Shown here in pieces: positions 13,250 through 24,818 of a DNA stretch of 64,000 bases. The notes below the pieces were generated by a model. That model ran no database searches. It saw only the letters and a list, made by a program, of their open reading frames with translations, and was not told where the DNA came from. A program made the translations under genes and the position numbers. Each line of letters starts with the position of its first letter. Within the stretch, counting starts at the first letter, position 1. Source of the DNA: Epiperipatus broadwayi (Eukaryota; Animalia; Onychophora); the NCBI GenBank assembly GCA_028023455.1, contig JAQFVV010000009.1, positions 2,976,001 to 3,040,000 on the forward strand. Reading direction: 5' to 3'.

Positions 13250-15294
13250 AGTGTGTCCTCAGACAGAATCTCCCAAAAGGGGAAATTTGGGGAAACACCC
13301 ATCAGCGGAGAAAGTAAAATCCATGGAAAATATGGCCAAATCCAAAAATATTAAAGAGCTTCAGGTCTTTTTGGGCCTAATACATTACTTTAAACCTTTT
13401 TTAAAGAACAAGGCTGAAGTAGCAAACCCACTTTACAACTTGTTAAAAGAAAAATCAAAAATGGCAGTGGCTAGAGATAGATGAGAAAGCATTTAAACAA
13501 ACTAAAGCCCTACTTTCATCAGACAAACTACTAGTACATTTCAATAGCAACCTTAAAGTGCACCAAACAATGGACACCTCAGAATGGGGGGTGGGCGACA
13601 TACTGTGTCACCCATGCTATAATGGGTGAACGTCCAATAGGAGCCTATGCCTCATGAACCCTTTCTAAATATGAAAAAAACTACAACCAGATTGATAAAG
13701 AGGCTTTAGCCATTATATTTGGGTTAAAAAAATTCCACCAATATATATTTGGTACAGTTTACTATTGTAACCGAATCATAAGCTATTAATGCACATTTTG
13801 GCATATGACAAGCTAGCTCCTGACCACTTAAGCCTGCATATGCTACAATAGAGAAACATATTGGCATTATATAATTACCACCTATCATACAGGAAAGGGT
13901 AATTTCCCATGCTGATGCCCCATCTAGAAACTCCAATAAAAGCGAACTGCAAACTAATGAAATAGAAGTCAACTATATAGATACCTTATAGTCAGACATC
14001 TTGAACAGAAACACAATAGCAAAATGGACAAAAGCCAATGGAGGATACCAACTGCTGTTAGATTGGATTAGAAATGGTTAGCTCCCCAAAAAACCGAAAT
14101 ACCTGTCATCTACCTTTTGGATAAATCGTGAAAATTTATTAATTAGTAAAGAATGCATCTTAATGGGGGACAGGGTTGTAATATCAACTGCTGGTAGGCA
14201 AAAAGTATTAAAATTATTACATGAAGGGCATCCAGGCATGGTATGTGCAAAAACTTTAGCACACAACTACATCTAGTGGCCGAAAATAACCAAAGACATT
14301 GAGAATTACATTCAAAAATGTACAGATTGCCAGTCCAAAGGAGTACAAACAATGTCCGAAGTTATAAAAAACCATGGCAGAGACTCCATATGGACTATGC
14401 TGGTCCAATAGATGGGAAATACTTTTTTTATTCTTGTCGATGCTTATTACAAGTGGGCGGAATATTGCATTGTGAAAAACACAAGTACAAACAAAACCAT
14501 ATGATGCTTATTTGCAATTTTTTCACAACATAGACTACCAGAAATAATTGTTTTAGATAATGGGACAGAATTCATCCCCCAAAAGATGCTAGATTTCTTC
14601 CAAATGAAGGGAATAAAGCATATCTGTGCATCCCCATACTATCATGATTCAAATGGCATCACCGAGAAAGCCATTCAACAAATAAAAAAGGTGTTAAGGA
14701 AAGCCAACAATAATGACATGCAAGTCACTTTATATGATGCCATGCTTCATCAACATTCCATCCTATTGACAGCTACAGGAAAATCTCCAGCTGAGCGGCT
14801 GATGGTCAGGAAATTAAGGACAAAGCTAGCAATGCTACTCCCCAAAAGGAATGAACACATCCAAAATGATCGTAAATACAATATGTATGAAATTGGAGAG
14901 ATAGTTTGGGTACACAACATCATCAGAAAGAAATGGACTGAAGGCACAATCACAGGCAAATTATCCAAACAGTCACAGACCAAACACAGAATGGAACAGC
15001 ATACTGGAAACATTAACCACATCTTCAGGTGATTCACTGATGCATCCAGTTGTCAGCATCACTACAAAATGATCGTTTATGAAAGCATTCAGAAAACAAG
15101 GAGGACTCAACAAAACCCAGGAGGAATGAAACACATACAAGCAACAAGGCCAGCTAGAACTAATGAAGCAGAAGCCAAACAGACGCTCAAAAACATAATA
15201 CCCACAGAAACAACAAAGGTAGATCACCTAGACCTCAATGCAAGAAACAGAAGCCTATCAAGCTATGCGACTATATGTAAAAAACAAGTTTTAT

Positions 15295-15824
15295 GAATCT
15301 TGGCTTCTGAAGGTTAAGCAAGCGGTTTAGTTTCTTTTACAGATGGCCCCAATCTTACTATTAGTTGATACACCTCAAGGACCACTAAGGGTTTGAAGAC
15401 ACTTAGATTGCGGAAATAATCATTTATATCTTATATTGATTAATGAGGAATTTAGGACAGAGAAGCTTTATATGCTCAGAATTATAGCTAGTTATTATAC
15501 CTTATTGTGTGTACATATATTTTCTCTTACTAACATAGGTTGGTGTGGACCAGTTCAATAATATTTATATATATCATCATACGTGTAACCTGAAACAGTT
15601 GAGAATTTTATAGTTGTGCATATATATTTGGGTTAAATACCCATGTGCTAGAACAGTGTTCTACCTTATTAGATTCATCTCCTCATGTTAACTGTATTTA
15701 TAGGCTGCACGCATGTACATTCAGATGTGCCATTGGATGATGAATTGCTATCCTCACTATAAACCAATGTTATGCTTAATATATATGCTAAATGAATAAA
15801 TTATGTTTTTAATTTAACCTGTAT
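15295..15824 (+). repeat. Right LTR of the Gypsy element (truncated at both ends relative to the left LTR)
   Basis: Diverged direct repeat of 10837-11321 with substitutions and indels. No polypurine tract in front of it. Confidence 0.85.
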
Positions 15825-16556
15825 AAAGTTTCAAAAAAACAAAATGATCCCTAATGTTTTTCATAACCATTAAATTGATTGTTCATTTATTGTATAACTA
15901 TATTCAAGATTTAAGAAAATTCCTTTTTTATAATACTTTCCACAGAATTTAAATTGATAACTTGTAATAAATTAAAAATATTTTTAGTCATCAAATTGAA
16001 TTCTTCAAAAAACAAAATCATTAAAATACAAAGCCTAGTATCCTAACGTGGAAGATTTCTTAGAATAACCATTATAGCCTAAAATACAGTGAGCAAGGTA
16101 TTATAACAAAAATATTAAGCTAATAATATTTTTGTTGATATCTTTATTAAGCTAATAATATTTAATAGATTAAATTATTATTTATCATTCTTTAATTCAA
16201 TGATGACAGTTAAAGAAGAGCTATAATTAAGGGCTCATTTGCATTGCTTTAGCTTGCTTCAATGATAGCAACACTACTATTAGCATGCAGATTATATAGT
16301 AAAAAATTTCAAATCAACAAAATTAAAAGACTACTAGCCATCAATTATTTATACTATTTATCACCTACAGCAATTCAGAAACAATTTGATAATGCTTTGA
16401 TAAAGATAATAGTTTTTGTTGGATCTTCTTATCAGATCAAAGTTTGTGGTGTGATAAAATCTTCAAAAATATTATCAGATAGTGATGACTGCATTTCTTT
16501 TAAGATACTTGGATTAGTAGAATGTATATTTATTACCAATTAATAATATTTTTCAA

Positions 16557-16670
16557 AATAAATCTAAAGAATAATCCAGAGAGATAAATTTGTTTACTAA
16601 AATTATCTAAAATAAATCTAAAGGATAATCCAGAGAGATAAATTTGTTTACTGAAATTGTCTAAAATAAA
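16557..16670. repeat. 54-bp tandem duplication
   Basis: aaataaatctaaag(a/g)ataatccagagagataaatttgtttact(a/g)aaatt(a/g)tcta occurs twice. Confidence 0.9.
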
Positions 16671-17884
16671 ATTTTCATATTTAAATTGTAGATTTCATAA
16701 TTTTTCATAAAAAACATACATTTATTATTATATATTTAAAATATAATGTTGTGAAACAGACATCAGTCTAAAAATAAAAAAATAAACCATTAACCTAATA
16801 CTCATGTGTGTGTATATACAGATACATAAAAGAATACATTGCAAATTTTCATCAAGCTGTTTCAAATCTTCCACAATAATTTTTTCCAGTTATAAATATC
16901 TATAAAATTATAAAAGTTAAAATGCTTATTCTTCTCTTTTTATTTTAAATAAAAAAACATTAAATTTAGCTAAATATAATCAGCCATCTTTAGAAATAAC
17001 TTTGCGCTATTTAGTTAGAACACTTAATTTTAACATTTATATAATGGTATAATAATTTATTGTTATTTCTGAAGATGGCCAAATTGATTGAAATGTTCTT
17101 TACATTAAATATTCCAATAAATTTTATATACTGTATTTTTAAGATAAAACACAGAGATATATATGAAAATATTTCAATGTTGTTTTTTTTTTATAATCAA
17201 CAATCCTAGATTTCTGAGAATTCATAACTATTAAGTAATTTTATTCTTATTATTTTTCTTTTTTTTTTGTTTTATTAATTATTGTAACAATTGCGAAAAA
17301 AAAAGTTTTAATATTTTTAAAATATATATGAACATGTACCAATTACACACATATTTGTATATATGTGTAATATCAGACATAGGGTTAATATTTGTTTGAT
17401 ATCATTATACTGCATGATAATGTGTCTATATATATGTACATTAATTATATTTATAAAAAAAAATCCTATTTTACAATATTTCATGGATTATTATTTTTGA
17501 AATTCCATATTAAATTTGAATGTTTAAGACAGTCACATTTTAATATACCCATAAAGAAAACATAAAAATTTAATGATTATATTTTTTAATAATTATGTCA
17601 TAATTCAAAATGTGGTAAACTGGATGAATTACTTGATTTACCCTACTAAAGCAAATTAATAACAAAATCATTTTAATGTCATCTTATGGGGAATTTGAGA
17701 AAAATAAAAAAAACAATGATTTGGCTATAAATATTAAATATTTTAATAAAAAACAAATTTTATTTAATAGATTATTTTTCTAATTTCGTTTATGTATTTG
17801 ATAATGAATATTTCAGTATTAGAAAAAAAATGCATCTTAAAAATATATAACATAGCAAAGACTTTCATAATAAAAAAAAATAAC

Positions 17885-18097
17885 TTTGGGGAACACCATG
17901 TAGAAATTCTCAATGGGAAGAATTGATCATTGTCTAGATAAAACAGATTAGTCTTTTAAAAAAACTCAGATCTACCAACATAGAAAAATTTTCATTACAT
18001 CAGTGAATCAGTATAAAGTCTTGCAACAATTTAATCCATATGGTACAAATATGACAAGTCTCTATTGAGAACTTTTACATAGGGTTCCAAAAACTGT
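17885..18097. mobile_element. Small MITE-like element with imperfect TIRs
   Basis: gggaacaccatgtagaaattctcaatgg is approximately the reverse complement of ctattgagaacttttacatagggttcc. No TSD established. Confidence 0.4.
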
Positions 18098-18723
18098 TTT
18101 ACATGTATAAAGAAAACATTAATATTTTAGTTGTAGTGAATTGCAGTATTATATCCAAAAGAATATACATGAACAATGAATTATTATTATAGCATTAATA
18201 TTTAAAATTGCTTAGTGGAGTTTTCAGTGCAATATATCTGTCAAGGCTAGACTAAAATTTTATTAGGTGAATCATTATATATACTTCTTATAAATTAAAA
18301 TACCAGTACTTGTTAAGCATAACATTTCTAGCTCTTATTTTAAAGATATGCTTTGTATTAACTGTCTGCCAGCCTGTTTTATTTTAGATTTATTATTATT
18401 TTTCTCTAGACAAACAATTTTGGATTCTAGTCACAAAAATCCTTTGTCTGGAGAAAAATAATAAAAAATGTAAAATAAAAGAAACTTGGAAGAATTCAAA
18501 ACATACAATTAACATAAGAGCCAATAATAGTCTGCTCAACAAGCACTGGTATTTTAATGTGTAATAAATATATATAATCGTTTGCTATAATCAAATTTTA
18601 ATCTAACTTGGATAAAGATATGCTGTGTCAAAGACCAGACTAAGCAATTTTAAATATTAACGCTGTAATAATTATTAATTGTCCATATACTTTTGTGGGA
18701 CATAATTATATATATAAAGAAAA

Positions 18724-18933
18724 TACAATCATACTCCTTTCTTTAAACACTTTATTGCAAACTTTTACAGATAAATTGATGGTTTTGACTATCCTGCAGT
18801 CTTCTTCAGAACTCCTTCTGACCAAAAATAAAATAGATAGTAGAGGCTTTGAAGAAGACTGCAGGACAATTGAAATGTCAATTTATATATAAAAGTTTGA
18901 ATCAAAGTGTTTAAAGAAAGGAGTATGATTGTA
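18724..18933. repeat. Fold-back pair with two decayed, divergently oriented hammerhead motifs (family C)
   Basis: Arms tacaatcatactcctttctttaaacacttt / aaagtgtttaaagaaaggagtatgattgta. Minus-strand motif AGUU-CUGAAGA-A-GACUG(CAGGA)UAGUC-aAAA-CCAUC-AAUU; plus-strand motif GGCU-uUGAAGA-A-GACUG(CAGGA)CAAUU-GAAA-UGUC-AAUU. Confidence 0.75.
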
Positions 18934-19320
18934 CTTATACAAAATAATGTAGTAAAATAAAGAAAGAGAAACGATTTTATGAAATTTATATATAAACGTA
19001 TAAAATAATGAAGGGATAGATATATTTGTAACTTAGCTTTAGCCTTTTGTCCATTGTAGAAAGAATTTTTACCTTAATAAGAAAATCATATTAGAAATTT
19101 AAAATCACTAAAGTAGAAAACTTGTCAACAAGTAGAGGAATATATGCTTAGATTTTCAAATTGAGACAGAAATCTGATAGTTGCATATGGATAATAATTA
19201 AACTGTAATTTAAAGAAAACTTAATACTAATTTATTCAAACAGAAGCTAATCTTAAAAAAAAAGATTTTCATATTAGAATTAGTAATTTAAAGGTGAAAT
19301 GAATCAAAAGCTGCACCTAC

Positions 19321-19368
19321 TTGTTGGGTGTTGATAACTCCTGGTCCCAGCAAACTGAGGACTTCAGC
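19321..19368 (-). CDS. Candidate 48-nt phase-0/0 micro-exon of the YAP/Yorkie gene, AEVLSLLGPGVINTQQ
   Basis: Acceptor tttattttgcatag|GCT, donor CAA|gtaggt, open in phase 0, length divisible by 3. Same strand as, and phase-compatible with, the YAP coiled-coil exon donor at 49603. No homology support for the peptide itself. Confidence 0.55.
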
Positions 19369-19452
19369 CTATGCAAAATAAACTCCACAAATCAAAAACA
19401 AAATCAAATCAAAATATCAAAAACACCCACCCTCCACCAGACTCTAGACTAA

Positions 19453-19510
19453 TCACATGATGTTGATTGGTCAATTAAATAATAATTGATGACCAATATG
19501 AATCATGTGA
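19453..19510. other. 58-nt hairpin (9 bp + 4x4 internal loop + 8 bp + 16-nt loop)
   Basis: tcacatgat-gttg-attggtca-[attaaataataattga]-tgaccaat-atga-atcatgtga. Confidence 0.7.
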
Positions 19511-20857
19511 CAGACTGAGCCAAAAACATTTAAAAATAAATTTCAAATAAAATTAACCATTAAAAAAAGCAAAAGAAAGAGATAAAGAAAGAGAAAGAAA
19601 AAAAAAGTAGAAAAACTGGGACCAGGAAACTGAACCAAGGAGAAATAAAAGAACTTAATGACTGAAAATAAGATGAATAGGCAATTAATAACAACAATAA
19701 CTAGTAAAATGATGAACAACTATTTTTATCACTAATTTAAATTCACAACTGTAAAACTGATAATAAAAAAATCCATATACTCTCTATAGTCACTAGTAAA
19801 TTTTAATCAAAACAAACATTTTGACAGTATCTAATGATAGTTGCACCAGTAGATGCAGTCAGAATGTTTTACTGAATATCGAGCATACTGTATATTAAAA
19901 AAAAAGTGGAGTTTGTTTTAAATTATTATCTTTATAATATGCTTTGGGATATGGAGAAGAAAAGATTGAATATTAACAGTGAGTTTTTAATTTATGTGTA
20001 ATGTAAATAATAAGGTCCTATGAGGGTCTCTTGATGTGTTACCAGTACCTACCATTTATTTCCTTTGGTTGGAAGATTAAGAGTTCTAAAAAAATAAATA
20101 GTTATATATTTACTTAATAAATAAATAAATGTTTATTGACTTTTTTTAATATATATTTGACTAAATATGAAATAATTATAGTTTGTTATACTGACAAAGT
20201 TCATTCATAAAATTTGAAAAATAATAAAAAATAACAAACTGTCAAAAATTCTAACAATAAATATAAATAAAGGTGATTTATAGTGGATGATAGATCCATC
20301 TTTTCTTAAAAAATTGGGGAAAATAAATACTGAAAAACAATAGTGCAAAAACCCTATTAAAAATTATAAATATGAAAAATATAATTCAATACATTCTATA
20401 TCTATAATTTTCAAAAAGTGAGCGCATACACATATGGTTTTAATATTATAGAAATTACAAACCAAATATTTTAAAAGTAACAGGGATTAATAATAATATA
20501 GTATTTTTTCTGACAAACCTATTTTTACTTCAGTTAAGTCTGTTAAATAAAATTTAAAACTTAATTTTTTACCTCTTTAGAAAATAAAGTTTAATTTATT
20601 TATAGATGATTTAATATGAAAGAATTTAAGACAATTAAAGGTATTACTTAAGGAGGGGTGGGGTAGAGTGATTATGGAGTAACAATAAGATCTAAATTCT
20701 AGAATAAAAGGATTTTATTAAAAATAAAAGTCATAAAAATGTTTTGAAAATTATATTATTTTGCTTTAATTTACTTATAATTAGAATTTTGAGAATTTAA
20801 TTATTGGAACATTATTCAATAATGAGCAAACTAATTATAACATACATGTGTATATAG

Positions 20858-21074
20858 TTAAATATATTCCAAACAACAGTAAACAATTTATAATACAATA
20901 TAAATAAAAACTCATAAAGAAATATTTTCGATTATATTCATATTCATAATCAAAATGATTCCATTTTGAAAGTTGAGTTGAAAATGATTATGAATATAAT
21001 CGAAAATATTTCTTTATGAGTTTTTATTTATATTGTATTATAAATTGTTTACCCGTTGTTTGGAATATATTTAA
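20858..21074. repeat. Fold-back pair (~95-bp arms) with decayed divergent hammerhead-like motifs
   Basis: Arms ttaaatatattccaaacaac...ctcataaagaaatattttcgattatattca and its reverse complement. Plus-strand motif 20975-21014 GAG-uUGAAaA-U-GAUUAU(GAAU)AUAAUC-GAAA-AUAUU-U-CUU. Confidence 0.75.
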
Positions 21075-23699
21075 GTTTTGTTATTGTATTATTGATATTA
21101 GTGGACATTTATTTTGTTTTAGTAGTCATTAATGTAACACTCTCTAGTACCAAACCTAAATATAATGCAAATTAAAAAAAAAAAGAATCCATTTTCTGTT
21201 TGTGGTTTCAATCTTAGACAATGATATCTATTAATGGATGAATTACAAATTCACACAGTTTCATTCAAATTGGCTATAATATATATTCACAAAGTAGAAT
21301 TAATTTCTATTTTAATAACTTTGTAATCAACCAACCAAATATCAATTATGGAAAGATCAAATGATATATTACTAAATAATTAATGTAACCAGCCCTAAGA
21401 AGTTTATAATTAAATTATTATATATTGTATTATACATAATTTTAAATTTATACATCTGATATTTAGTTAATTGTTAACAATGTTATTCAAATGAATAGAA
21501 ACTAACTCAACCTTGTGAATATAAATTATATCCAATTTGAATGAGGGTATGTGGATATCTGTGTGGATTTAATATCTTTCAAATAGATGTCATAGTCTCA
21601 GTCTACTATTCATATAAGATCATGGGCTATAAAAGGACAATTCATTGTTGTTTTGCATCGCAGATAGCTTTGATATTAGAGACTGTTGCATTTAATATGG
21701 TTAGAAGTAAAAGTTTATCACTCCAATAATTGTATATATAGTAAATGAATACAAATAATTGCTAGAATGTTTCAACAGTACTATCTGTATTTAAAAACAC
21801 AAAATATGAGTAAAGTAACATAGGTAATAGTATTTAATAAATAAAAAATTTAATAATATATATAGTTGGGCTCGATGTTTGTCAAGCCTTATTTATGTGG
21901 ACAAATGTGTACAATTTTAAATGATAATAGTTGAAATATATTATATCAGTGGTATATTATCGTGGTTACCAAATATTTTAAAATTTGATAAATATTATCA
22001 GTAAATCTCCTGAGAGTGATAAAGACTCAGACTGTTCAAGATATGCTAAGTCCCCTGGCAGGATGTGTATGAGATTCTAAAATGCACTCTGCCAGATGAT
22101 CTAATATTAAAATAATAATTTATTAGTGTTCTTATTAATTTAGAAGTATAGAAACATGTGATATTTTGTTATTCTTAAATAATAATCAAAAAGACTTAAA
22201 ATCAGAATTATTTTAAATTAATCTTTGTAATTAATCCCTAAGCATATTTTTATTGTGATTTAAAATAATTTTGAACAGCTTGTTTAGTTATCACTAATAA
22301 ATACAGATGGAGATATATTAGATGTATGCACATACCAAGTTTTAATTGGTTTATTTTTATTTTATTTTACACCAATTCCATTTGATAAAAGATATAAATA
22401 ACCTAGCAGAATTTGTAGTGGGGGGGGGGGAGGGATTTTTAAAAGAACAAGAGAAGAAATAACATCTGAGCTATAACAAAAGTTAAGACCAAGAAGAAAA
22501 TAATAAATAACACTGGAATTGAATTTGAACTAAATTTAAAGGATAAGTAATTGTATTTTGACCCATGAATATGGAGTAAAGAATTTCACTCCCTTGCATA
22601 CATCTGACCTGCTGATCTATCAACTGACAATCACCAGAAATTCATATTGAAAGTAAAAAAATAAAGCAAATACTTCGTTCAAAAGGACATCAGATTTAAA
22701 ACCAGACAAGAGATCATAAACATAAAATTTTATTCTTATATTATTACAATCTTAGTTATTACACTTATTATGAACTTTTGAAGATTAACAATAATTTGTT
22801 TGAAAGGGCAAAAAGAAAAGAAAAATATACTGTGCATTCGCTTATAAAATAGATATAATTTTTTTTTGCCTTTATACCAAACTTAATAGGAAACAAATTA
22901 AAAGTAATTAAAACAAAACTTTCTGAATTTAAGTTTAAAAAAATGAAATCTAATTTAAAGAATATTAAAATTTACATATATTGTAATGCATGAATTTAAT
23001 TTTAAAAAGTAGATAGCAACTTCTTAATTACTATTGTGGAATGCTGGAGTTAACACTAGTTTAAAAAAAAATTAATAACAAAATTTTAAAATTCTTTAAA
23101 ATGCATGAATAGTTTAATTATTCCAATATATTTCCACGGATGGAAAAATTAATAACAATTCTTTTGAGAAAAATTTTCTTTTGCTGTTTAAGTTAGAGAT
23201 ATTATTTAAGCTACAGCCTTTTTTTTTTTTTAAAAAAAAAAAAAACAGACCCAAAATTCTGAAGAAAAATATTTATGAATATTACTGTATAATTTTTTTG
23301 TTTGCCAGAAACTCTTAAATTTACTTTACCATCATAAAATATGAAGAATATGGATGCATCACCTTGTAAAATAATTTGCCGGCCGACAATATTGTTTTTT
23401 CCTTGTCAGTCAGCTTATAGTGAAGGAATTTAAACTACGGACTACGGGAATAAAATGAAGTATATAATAATAATGATTTTTTTTTTTATATTGTTCATGT
23501 TTATTAATATTTTCTATTTATGGAATAAATATGCAATGAGTCTGAAAACAGACTAAAGTAAAATTATATATGTATATATTTTTTTTTGCACTGGTTAGCT
23601 TAAAGTTAATATTAAATTAGGCTTGTCTAGATAAATACACATCTCTCACATTTACAAGAATAGTTTATTGATATTTTATTTATTGGTAGACAGAATTTG

Positions 23700-24760
23700 T
23701 CAGAAGCATAATAGTATTTACTTATGATGATACAATTATTTTATTATATGGAGTTTTCCATATAAGCAGGTATACATTCGCTTTATATCTTTACTATATT
23801 TTGCCTATAATTTGGTATGTCCACATTATAGAATTTATGCTATTTTTCATTGACTGTGTGTATTTCTTATTATTGCAAATTTTATTACGCTTTTAAAAAT
23901 ATTTCAGTCTTTTGATTTACAGTATCTTTGTTGGTTTCATATATTATTTAGTATATGCATTGTGTGAAGTGGGATATTTATCTTTTAATGTGAGAATTAT
24001 TTTATCTTGCCATTGTTTTGATGAGGATTTGTGCTAGTTTGCATTTGATAAGAGTGAGAAACATAATTTTATTAAATATTGTATCATTATGCATTGATAG
24101 ATGGAGTATATCCTCCTATTGCTTATTCCATGAGAGAATTAGATTGTTAAGACTTATAATTATTTTATGCTTATCTGGTAAAGTTTAATCCCTAGGGAGG
24201 ATTATTTTTATGGTATGCATTTTGTTTCCCTGTGTTGAGACAATGTTCACACATTTTTGTATCTAGGAAAAGGGTATTGGAATCTGCCATATTGTTATAT
24301 ACAACTATATAATGTTTTGAGAAGCCGTCTAGTTATTTTCTACCATGTATGGTGAAGTTCTTGGTGTTCTCAAAATCGTATGCCAATGATAAGATAGTTA
24401 GCTTCAGGGGCACTTGTTTATCTATAGTGTTAGCTAAATAAAATAGTTATTATGCTGTGGCACCTTGTCAACAGTTTACAAGCAAACCAACAACATTTAT
24501 TAGTAATTTTAAAACTTATCTTGTGTATGGCATAATAAGAGATACACATATGCAATGTCATTTTATTTCCATCAAGCAGTATTTCGCTGATGGATTGGTA
24601 AGATGTTTCAATAGTTAAGATGATTATTCTGTGGACATGGTCAAAGTTTAGTATCCTGTATATATTGACTTCTGGTGCCTGTTCCCATGTTCATATAATT
24701 GATTGCTGAATGCTAAATAAAAATTGTCATTTGTGCTTCATATAATAATTGGCATTATCA
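23700..24760 (-). mobile_element. Penelope-like element relic (RT plus probable GIY-YIG endonuclease)
   Basis: Minus-strand translation gives IIILTIETSYQSI (~24590-24625; cf. LVTLDV.SLYTNI), HGRK*LDGFSKH...NTLFLDTKM (24255-24347; cf. HG.E.L..FL.HLN...LPFLD) and a weak CG...IGK segment near 23810. Many stops; boundaries approximate. Confidence 0.6.
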
Positions 24761-24818
24761 TACTACTTATTGATAAAGTTTAAATATACTTTAATGCTCT
24801 CAATAGCATACTATAGAT

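Larger units (their letters stand above)
10750..15824 (+). mobile_element. Degenerate Ty3/Gypsy LTR retrotransposon (Mag-like), gag-pro-RT-RNaseH-integrase with many stops and frameshifts
   Basis: Gag start MSVFGQNI*EFDVDNAADWPIYLSQVEHFF (~11458); two CCHC knuckles (CYS*GKIGH, CRKCGNKGHLACTC); RT motifs FAKLDL, YNRLPFGISSA, IPYFDNIL; RNaseH NYNQIDKEALAIIFGLKKFHQY; integrase HEGHPG, KPWQRLHMDYAGPIDGK, SPYYHDSNGITEKAIQ, TATGKSPAERL. Direct repeats 10837-11321 / 15295-15824. PBS-like ttgacgag at 11380. Confidence 0.95.

Noticed and set aside
17066-17100. CUGAAGAUGGCC...GAAAUGUUC, resembling a PLE hammerhead
   Set aside because: Stem II mostly unpaired, no stem I, no partner copy; not distinguishable from chance.
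23377-23416. Minus-strand CUGACAA-GG-AAAAAA-CAAUAUUG-UC just 3' of the Penelope relic
   Set aside because: Could be a pLTR hammerhead fossil (palindromic stem III), but G8 is mutated, stem II is absent and stem I does not pair.
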